From a virus (Duplodnaviria > Caudoviricetes), in the IMG/VR virus record IMGVR_UViG_3300012984_000010: a DNA stretch of 64,000 nt, one strand, 5' to 3'. Positions 57,443-64,000 of this stretch are shown in pieces; position 1 is the first letter of the stretch; each line of letters opens with the position of its first letter. The notes below the pieces were generated by a model. It was not told the DNA's origin, did no database searches, and worked only from the letters and a program-made list of their open reading frames with translations. Position numbers and translations under genes: made by a program.

Positions 57443-58018
57443 TCATAGATTCTGGGCTTTTTCTGTCCAGCCATCCAATTCGGTCTCAAGGCGGTTGAAA
57501 AGCATATCCACTTGTTCGGTAGTCAGGGTCTCGGTAGCCGCGTTCCGAATTGTGTCGATGAAAAACGCGAAGACTTTTTGCATCCGTTCACTGTTGAAAT
57601 CGATGAAGTTGTGTCCCAACTTCCGCATCTCTAGTTCGATCGAGGCCACATCTTTGAGGGCACCAATCCGTCGACTAGATATTTGGGTCGTATCTTTGCC
57701 GTATTTGGCAGCCTCCACCCGATCACAGTAGAGGGAAGCCGCCTCATTGGCGATTTCCTCTTTGATCTTCTGCAACGTCTCAAGAGGATCTTGGCGTGTC
57801 TTGACTGCTTTGGCTACTGAGTCTGATTCAATGTACTCCGCCTTCAATCGCTGTATTTCAGCGTGGTAGGCCAGGTCATCTACGGTCGGCTTGGGATTGA
57901 TTTTCTTCGGCCGACCAGGTCCTCGTTTGATAGGGCCGGTAGCAGCGTGCATCGGCACCACCATCGCCAAAGGACCTATTTTCGCCGTATCTGAATTTTC
58001 ATTTTCATCTGACATCAC
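57443..58018 (-). CDS. Probable terminase small subunit with AT-hook
   Basis: Directly upstream of TerL; KRGPGRPKK; helical body. Confidence 0.55.
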   Translation of the reverse strand: MMSDENENSDTAKIGPLAMVVPMHAATGPIKRGPGRPKKINPKPTVDDLAYHAEIQRLKAEYIESDSVAKAVKTRQDPLETLQKIKEEIANEAASLYCDRVEAAKYGKDTTQISSRRIGALKDVASIELEMRKLGHNFIDFNSERMQKVFAFFIDTIRNAATETLTTEQVDMLFNRLETELDGWTEKAQNL

Positions 58019-58401
58019 TTCTTACCTTCCGCCGTTCCTTTCGCGCCATTCCCCTCAGTACGAATCAAGTATTGGGACAAGTTACGTACTACATCGTAAC
58101 CCTTGTCTTTCGGGATCTGATTGGAGATAGCCTTGGACAGGTCCTTGCCCGATTGAACCAAGTTCAGTACCCCCGTCTGGTCTGGAGTAGGGGTGAACAC
58201 ATCCTCAGGGCGAAGATCTCGCCGATCCGGCTCCACAATGTCATCCCCCTCATCCTTGGATGTCCCGTAATCTTTCGTGATAGCCGTACCTATCCCCTTG
58301 GGCTTGTTGATAGGCGTGGTGTTTTTCCACGCCTTTTGACGAGCGCCAGGAGCTTGGTCCGCTTGCTTGAAGCGAACCACAATCCGACGTGCGGAGATCA
58401 C
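58015..58401 (-). CDS. Hypothetical protein with N-terminal RRIVVRFKQA
   Basis: 128 aa; ATGA overlaps. Confidence 0.65.
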   Translation of the reverse strand: MISARRIVVRFKQADQAPGARQKAWKNTTPINKPKGIGTAITKDYGTSKDEGDDIVEPDRRDLRPEDVFTPTPDQTGVLNLVQSGKDLSKAISNQIPKDKGYDVVRNLSQYLIRTEGNGAKGTAEGKK

Positions 58402-60386
58402 AGTCGAACTTTCTGATGGCTCCCAAACTCGATATTCTGGCTAGCTGTCTTTAGTTCGGGTTGGAGGTCAAAGCTCCCATCATCGTGCTGGAGCTGATAC
58501 TCTTGCATCACGCTCAAGCCGTTGTTCATGAGGCTTTCGTACGACACGACAGTTGAGGCGCCAGAGGCCAAAATGGCTCGTTGTTCGGCCATTTTGTCGA
58601 TATAAGGGGGTTCAACTACCAATTGCTTGTTGATGACTGAGCAGAAGCCAGGACGAGTTTGATGCACACAGGAAGCGCACTTGTCCCCTACCTTCAGGTA
58701 CTGTACTGCCGCCCTAGAACGGTGGGCTGTTGAGGCAGTGGCACAACCCTTCCCATAGTCGTCATAGACGGTGGGATCGATGTACTTGATACCCTGTAGA
58801 CCCTGTTCGGCCAACACCACTTTGAGCTCACCCGCTGTTGCTTGAAGGTCCCGTACGTCAAAACGGCTCTTCAGCAGATTGAGCAGGTCTTGGCCGTAAA
58901 GGCCTTCGTTCATGTACTTGGAAGCCGACTTTAGGATCTCTCGTTTGGTCAACTCATTGGTGCTGGCAGCCCTGGATTGCCCATAGAAAGCCTTCTCAAT
59001 CGAACTACGGACCGCTGAGCCGCTGGACGCCAACGGGGCAGAAGCGGCCTTGTGGATGGCCTTGAGAGCCTCAACTGGAGTCGGACCCCACGAACACTTG
59101 GCAGCATCGTGCGGCAACTTTCCTGCAATGCGGTGCTCATCCAACACCGCTGCAACCGTGGTGGGGGTCAAGACTGCTTCAGCAGAAGCCACCAATGCGC
59201 GGCCGTACATCATGCAGCGGCCCACCTTGTTGAAGATACAGGTCTGGCACTTGTCACCCGCCACAATGGCTCGAACCTTCGATCCGTGCTTGTTGATAAA
59301 GTCCGCCCCCTCTCGACAATCATCGAACGAGGTCTGATTGGAGTAAACAGCCCCATAGAGGCCTGCTTGCTTGAACAACGGCACCCACTCGGACTTGGTT
59401 TCCTCAAGCAACGTCAGGTCGAAAGCGAGCCTCAACGCATGAACCAGCTCTGGCTCACTATGACCCTTGAGCATTTCACGGCTCAAAAGAGCAATGATTG
59501 GGCGGGCCTTGGAAGCTGCGATCTTTTGCTGAGCTTCAACATCCCGCTTCTTGGTCAGGCTCGCGACTGCAATCAATTGCTCAGAAGTGTTGCCTTGAGG
59601 GATAGGAGCTTGTGGAGCTTGTGGTCGGCCCGTAAAGGCTACTGGAATGGTCGACATCTCACCCAAAAAGGCTTGACGAATACGTTCCTTGGGGGTGCTT
59701 CCCGTAGAAGCCTGGACCGATCTTCCCCTTGCCGCTTGTTGTTTCTCAATCGTACTGGCCAACGCTTCAGTGTATGGAACCTCAATCTGAAGGTCCTTGT
59801 GAAACACACCACACACACTGCTACCGTCAGCCTGCACAGAGCGGTGTACACAATCACCGCAAGCCTGCTTGGCAAGAACGAACGGAGCGTCTAGGGCGAA
59901 ACGGCGGACGAACTCTGAAGCAGTTTTACCCCCTTTAGCACAATCAGGGAAGTCGGCCGCGCTGATGTACAGCTTACCAAGTAGACCACGCTCAGCCATG
60001 ACGGTCGCCAGAGCGGTTTTGGCTAGACCCAAGACGGTAGAGTCGTACCTAGAAGATAAGGCATGACTGATCTTCTGGGGGTCCGTTGACTGCATAATCG
60101 CCAAACGAGCAGTACGAATCAAATCTTCTGGGACAGAACGGAGTTTTCCGTGGATAGACGACAGATCGCCCATCGTCTTTGGTTCCCCCTTGTTGGGTAC
60201 CAATCTTGAAGGAGACTCGTCCTGATGGTTCCACAAGGCAATCAGATCTGGAGCGATATCCAGATTCTGCTTTGGCAGGCGATCCTGAGCACGATACTCA
60301 GCCTCATCGACATCCAGCCAATCCAAATCTGAGACGCCGGAGCTGCCCTCTTTCATAAAGTTGGTCAAGTCGCCAAGATCAGCCAT
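58398..60386 (-). CDS. Protein with three Cys-rich repeated domains
   Basis: CGDCVH..CGVFHKDL, CQTCIF..CMMYGRAL, CASCVH..CSVINKQL, each with an upstream Cys. Confidence 0.75.
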   Translation of the reverse strand: MADLGDLTNFMKEGSSGVSDLDWLDVDEAEYRAQDRLPKQNLDIAPDLIALWNHQDESPSRLVPNKGEPKTMGDLSSIHGKLRSVPEDLIRTARLAIMQSTDPQKISHALSSRYDSTVLGLAKTALATVMAERGLLGKLYISAADFPDCAKGGKTASEFVRRFALDAPFVLAKQACGDCVHRSVQADGSSVCGVFHKDLQIEVPYTEALASTIEKQQAARGRSVQASTGSTPKERIRQAFLGEMSTIPVAFTGRPQAPQAPIPQGNTSEQLIAVASLTKKRDVEAQQKIAASKARPIIALLSREMLKGHSEPELVHALRLAFDLTLLEETKSEWVPLFKQAGLYGAVYSNQTSFDDCREGADFINKHGSKVRAIVAGDKCQTCIFNKVGRCMMYGRALVASAEAVLTPTTVAAVLDEHRIAGKLPHDAAKCSWGPTPVEALKAIHKAASAPLASSGSAVRSSIEKAFYGQSRAASTNELTKREILKSASKYMNEGLYGQDLLNLLKSRFDVRDLQATAGELKVVLAEQGLQGIKYIDPTVYDDYGKGCATASTAHRSRAAVQYLKVGDKCASCVHQTRPGFCSVINKQLVVEPPYIDKMAEQRAILASGASTVVSYESLMNNGLSVMQEYQLQHDDGSFDLQPELKTASQNIEFGSHQKVRL

Positions 60387-61711
60387 CAGTTCGTCCTGTC
60401 TGTTTTTTCGGGCCTATTGTGTATTGGATCTGGCCGGTAAGTGTGAGTGCTGTAGTCGTATCGCACATAAGGAGTTTCCAAGTCCTCGTACGTATAGTCT
60501 GTGTTCATCATGCTGGGAGACATCTGACCTGCAGGAGTAGGTTCCCCCGGCATCTCTGATTGAGCAAACGTGTCGTCCCCTCGATAGTAATCTGAACGAG
60601 CGACCGGCCTATCCCCATCATTGGGCAGCTCTCCAGCCGCATGGTGATCGCTGACTGCGGCATCGAACTCTGGAGTGGTGTCTCCCGAGGAGCCGGCAGG
60701 AGTGCCTGGCAAACCAGAGGTAGGACCGTAAACCCCCTTATTGCCGTAACCCTCGCCAGAGGGGTTACCGTACCCACCTGCACCCTCTCCTTTGGCCCCA
60801 TAACCAAGACCAAAATCATAGGCGTCTGTGGGGGTTGGTTCCGTGACAGCACCAGGCATAGATGATCCAGAGTATCGACTAGGAATGTAGCCCGCCCCCT
60901 GGTCGTAAGGCTGTCGTTCGATCATAGAAGGATGACCCCAACCATCGTACGCCATCTCTGGCTCAGGTTGATCTTCTCGATCCAAGTGTTCTACCCTAGG
61001 GCCTCCCAATTCAGTTGGAGACACTGAGGAATTGCTTTGATGGTTGTAACTGGCTTCCTTCGAGCGAGTCATCGGCTTAGCCTGATCGACCTCACTACCA
61101 GAGCCTCCAGGTAGGCTTGACGCCTCAGCTTCCTCTGATTCGTCCTGATCCTCACCGCCGTCATTCTCAGCGTCGATCTCTTCCTCTTCCTCTTCAGACT
61201 CAGCGGTAGGGTCTTCGAGAATTCCTTCCGATTTTTCGACGTAGCGTTCGATGTCCTCGGCATCGTTTTCATCCAGCATTGCTAGACGAGGGCGCCAATG
61301 TGGAGCTGTGATCTCATCGTGAAGTGTATCAGTGATAGCACTCAAAGCTTCACAAGCGGCGTACAGCTTCTTACGAATATCCGGAACCCCCATCACGTAC
61401 CCACGACCACCCAACATGCCGTCAGGACTGACGGTGGCGGACTTCAGGCGACTCAGGTGCTTGTAAGCTGTCAGAGCGTGTCCCAGCGCAACACTTGAGG
61501 CCCAGAGCGTTTGAGCCATTGGCTTCAAAGCCTTGGGATCAAAGGGGTGGTCTTTAGGGATATTTCGCTTTGCTGTCAGGCTGCCGCCACCCCCACCATC
61601 TATCTCCCCACCCTCTTCCGGGGGAGTGGGGTCAGACGGAGGAAAGGCGGCTGTTTTCTGTACAGCGGCTGCCTTCGTCATAACTCGCTTGATGAGATCT
61701 CGATTGGACAC
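60386..61711 (-). CDS. Hypothetical protein: helical N-domain plus acidic Gly/Pro-rich tail
   Basis: 441 aa; KAAAVQKTAA N-terminus; repeated S(S/G/E)(L/M)PG. Confidence 0.7.
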   Translation of the reverse strand: MSNRDLIKRVMTKAAAVQKTAAFPPSDPTPPEEGGEIDGGGGGSLTAKRNIPKDHPFDPKALKPMAQTLWASSVALGHALTAYKHLSRLKSATVSPDGMLGGRGYVMGVPDIRKKLYAACEALSAITDTLHDEITAPHWRPRLAMLDENDAEDIERYVEKSEGILEDPTAESEEEEEEIDAENDGGEDQDESEEAEASSLPGGSGSEVDQAKPMTRSKEASYNHQSNSSVSPTELGGPRVEHLDREDQPEPEMAYDGWGHPSMIERQPYDQGAGYIPSRYSGSSMPGAVTEPTPTDAYDFGLGYGAKGEGAGGYGNPSGEGYGNKGVYGPTSGLPGTPAGSSGDTTPEFDAAVSDHHAAGELPNDGDRPVARSDYYRGDDTFAQSEMPGEPTPAGQMSPSMMNTDYTYEDLETPYVRYDYSTHTYRPDPIHNRPEKTDRTN

Positions 61712-61714
61712 AAA

Positions 61715-61999
61715 TCAACCTTTTACTGGAGAGGTGTTGTCAAACTGACGCTCAATGTAGAAGTCTTCGCCTTCTTTGCGGATAGACCAAAGGTCATTGG
61801 TCGACAAATGAACCAGTTCGTTCGAAGCTGTCCTCGTGAAGCCCTTGAGCTGATCCAAAGAAGCGACACGAATCCTGGCCGGCTTGACAGCAGCTGCCTT
61901 TTGGCCAAAAGGGGAGATAATGGTTGGTTCGGACTCAAAGAATGCGTCCATACCTGAAGCAGTGCTCTGAATGTTGGATAGTTTGAAGTCAGCCATCAA
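61715..61999 (-). CDS. Small hypothetical protein
   Basis: 94 aa; SD GAGG; QKAAA and RTAS. Confidence 0.65.
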   Translation of the reverse strand: MMADFKLSNIQSTASGMDAFFESEPTIISPFGQKAAAVKPARIRVASLDQLKGFTRTASNELVHLSTNDLWSIRKEGEDFYIERQFDNTSPVKG

Positions 62000-62003
62000 T
62001 ACC

Positions 62004-62930
62004 TCACGTAATCACAAGTCTAATGAGAACATCCGTGTAATCGTTTGCACTGTAACCACTGATCCTAAGGGTTTCCTCGTAGGTCCCCAGATACAACCCC
62101 TCCACAGGGGCGACCGAGACAGTGATGTTCTGATTCTGGGCGGCACCCAAGGTCCCACTGCTAGGAGTGAACCCAGACAACCAATTCTGGGATAGCCCCG
62201 TCAACCGAGCAATCTGGAAATCCAAGACTGATCCAGAAGGTCCGGTGTTGGTCACCATAAAGGACATGTCGGAGATTGGCGGAAAAGGACCACTCAACGG
62301 GCGGGCTGCCGTGAAAATGACCAATGCCGTGGAGGTCCCAATGACGGCCTTTGGCCGAACATTGATCGTGACAGGAAGCGTCTGGACAGTATTTGTGGCT
62401 CTAGGGTCCTGGACGGTGATGGTGGCGTGATATGGGCTGCCACTGGTCAGCAATGAGGTGGAGTCCACCGCAACATCGAAATTACCGTACTGGTTGGGCG
62501 CCAAACCCCCCACCACAGCAGGGGAAACGTCCACATAAGGAGCGGAAGATGACAACGAAGCATCGAGCAAGGACCCGAAAACTCCAGAATTGGTCACTGT
62601 ACTGGTCTGAGCGAGAGAAAACCCTCGACCCTCATCCACATCAAAAGTGAGTGAGGTGGGCGGGCCCAGCAAGATGGTGGGCTTGTAGCTCTCCTTCAGA
62701 GTCTGGATCGAGTCTGCCATCGACTGCACCACATCCCCAGGGAGTGGGATCGAATCTCTCAAAAACCCATAAGGCGTAAAGATATCAACGATTTGGAATG
62801 TAGGCTCTAGGCCCGACACATCCATTCGCGTAGTCCAGCTCCACGTTCTGGAATTTACCAGGACACTGAACTTTATATCTTGGGTTTGAATCCTGGAAGG
62901 GGGGAACGGCAAGGTAGACTCCTCCACCAA
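62004..62930 (-). CDS. Protein with two Ig-like (BACON-type) domains
   Basis: VTNSGVFGSLLDASLSSSAPYVDVSP and VTNTGPSGSVLDFQI...WLSGFTP; GGGAGG SD before TTG. Confidence 0.65.
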   Translation of the reverse strand: MVEESTLPFPPSRIQTQDIKFSVLVNSRTWSWTTRMDVSGLEPTFQIVDIFTPYGFLRDSIPLPGDVVQSMADSIQTLKESYKPTILLGPPTSLTFDVDEGRGFSLAQTSTVTNSGVFGSLLDASLSSSAPYVDVSPAVVGGLAPNQYGNFDVAVDSTSLLTSGSPYHATITVQDPRATNTVQTLPVTINVRPKAVIGTSTALVIFTAARPLSGPFPPISDMSFMVTNTGPSGSVLDFQIARLTGLSQNWLSGFTPSSGTLGAAQNQNITVSVAPVEGLYLGTYEETLRISGYSANDYTDVLIRLVIT

Positions 62931-62938
62931 TTGCCTCC

Positions 62939-62952
62939 CTATAAGTAAAAAA
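62939..62952 (-). promoter_or_regulatory. Late-promoter-like motif TTTTTTACTTATAG at the head of the morphogenesis region
   Basis: Intergenic; TTTTTACTTAT recurs at about 49186-49196. Confidence 0.45.
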
Positions 62953-63008
62953 GGCTTATTTCTAGAGGTCTTAGGCTACAATCCTTAGTGTAGATCGACC
63001 TCTAGGCC

Positions 63009-63662
63009 TCAAGTACATTCGTCGCCGCCCCGATCCTTCCATTGAGGTAACGACACTTCCCTACGTATGTTGAAATTCTGAGCGATGGCGCTGAATATTT
63101 TCTCGTATGGGCGATACTGTTCGTCCTTGTCGGCTGTCTCTTGCAAAGTCTTGACCGCCTTGAAGAAGCGATGGCGGACCCGCCCTTGAGTGAGACCTAG
63201 TTTGGACGCTACCTCTGATTGGCATGTGGACACCCACATACCGATCAGGATATCGATATCGATCTTCTGGGGGAAGATGGTCGCCAGGTTGGTCTCAAGG
63301 TCCTCTTTTGACACGGTTGGGATCGAGAGCAGGAATTTGAGACGCTTGATACCTCGGTCCAAACGATAACTGATAGCCGCCTGAGTGACCCCAAAGATGG
63401 CGGCAATATCTGCTTGACGCTTCTTTTGAATGAAATAGAGGTAGATCAGGTCCGCTTCTCGTTCTGGGATGCAGTCCAGCAGAGGGGAGATCCGACTCTC
63501 ATAGTCCCCATCCGACAAGTAATCGGACAACACATCCGCGCTTACATTGGTTACGAGATCTTCATCTATTTTCTCGTCCTCATTGTCGAACCTGGGGTCC
63601 TCAGATGAGAAACGATTGGCCAGCTCTGAAGGGTCGATGGAGATAACGTAACCATTACTCAT
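63009..63662 (-). CDS. Sigma-70 region-4-like protein with two tandem HTH domains
   Basis: IPEREADLIYLYF...QADIAAIFGVTQAAISYRLDRG and CQSEVASKLGLTQGRVRHRFFKA; no region 2 seen. Confidence 0.75.
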   Translation of the reverse strand: MSNGYVISIDPSELANRFSSEDPRFDNEDEKIDEDLVTNVSADVLSDYLSDGDYESRISPLLDCIPEREADLIYLYFIQKKRQADIAAIFGVTQAAISYRLDRGIKRLKFLLSIPTVSKEDLETNLATIFPQKIDIDILIGMWVSTCQSEVASKLGLTQGRVRHRFFKAVKTLQETADKDEQYRPYEKIFSAIAQNFNIRREVSLPQWKDRGGDECT

Positions 63663-63663
63663 T

Positions 63664-64000
63664 TTACTCAGGTCTCCTGAAGAAGGTATTCAGCAGCTCG
63701 GGCTGGATATCGTAGTCCGCCAGAATGGCCTGCGCCACGTTGGGGTCCATATCTGTGGGGATCGATTCGATATCGACATCCACCAGAGACATGAGTTCCA
63801 CATTTATTCTAATTTGCGGTTCGAAGCTGCGCAACCTCTCATACTGACCTTTAGTCAAACCAGTGAGGCCTGACCGATAGACGGCATCCACAGACCCATG
63901 AGCTTGGATAAGCGCTTTCAGGACTTTCTTGGGTACACGCGGGACGCCCGGGATATTGTCAGAGTCGTCCCCGTAAAAGGCTCGGAGTTGAACCATCTTG
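63664..64000 (-). CDS. C-terminal part of a 5'-3' exonuclease (Pol I N-terminal/FEN family)
   Basis: H3TH motif GDDSDNIPGVPRVPKK...LIQAHGSVDAVY; truncated by the window edge. Confidence 0.85.
   Translation of the reverse strand, partial: KMVQLRAFYGDDSDNIPGVPRVPKKVLKALIQAHGSVDAVYRSGLTGLTKGQYERLRSFEPQIRINVELMSLVDVDIESIPTDMDPNVAQAILADYDIQPELLNTFFRRPE

Noticed and set aside
1-64000. Stop-codon reassignment as in some jumbo phages
   Set aside because: Genes tile densely under the standard code; TAA, TAG and TGA all end genes; long core genes are uninterrupted.
1-64000. CRISPR array or tRNA genes
   Set aside because: No repeat-spacer pattern; intergenic gaps are short and I saw no cloverleaf or T-loop signature. 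A tRNAscan run would be needed for certainty.

Overview
A 64-kb segment of a large (jumbo-type) tailed phage with a contractile tail. Every credible gene is on the minus strand; the plus-strand ORFs look like antisense shadows. In transcription order (high to low coordinate) it holds: the end of a 5'-3' exonuclease, a tandem sigma-4-like HTH protein, small and large terminase, three tandem paralogs, portal, a 944-aa head-region protein, prohead protease, Gln-rich scaffold, decoration protein and major capsid protein. Next come a LAGLIDADG endonuclease, a cluster of unrelated small genes (zincin protease, Ung, repeat proteins) and Ig-like/fibre genes with a methyltransferase-GT2-TPR enzyme and a 1378-aa Ser/Thr/Asp repeat protein. 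Neck genes, a Dps-like ferritin, an actin-like ATPase, tail terminator, a 1421-aa sheath, a divergent UvrD/PcrA helicase, tail tube and probable tail chaperones follow. The best candidate for an undescribed system is a short-motif code on otherwise unrelated proteins: an R/K-x-V/I-V/A-x-R-F motif, a Y-x-Y-D-x-R motif and K-x-A sites. By analogy with the T4 capsid-targeting sequence and gp21 processing, these could mark head cargo and maturation cleavage sites. Also notable are a recurrent CCnTTAT late-promoter-like motif (including copies inside CDSs ahead of in-frame starts), an actin-like protein in the neck operon and a possible virion glycosylation module. All calls come from motif recognition by eye; no database searches were run.
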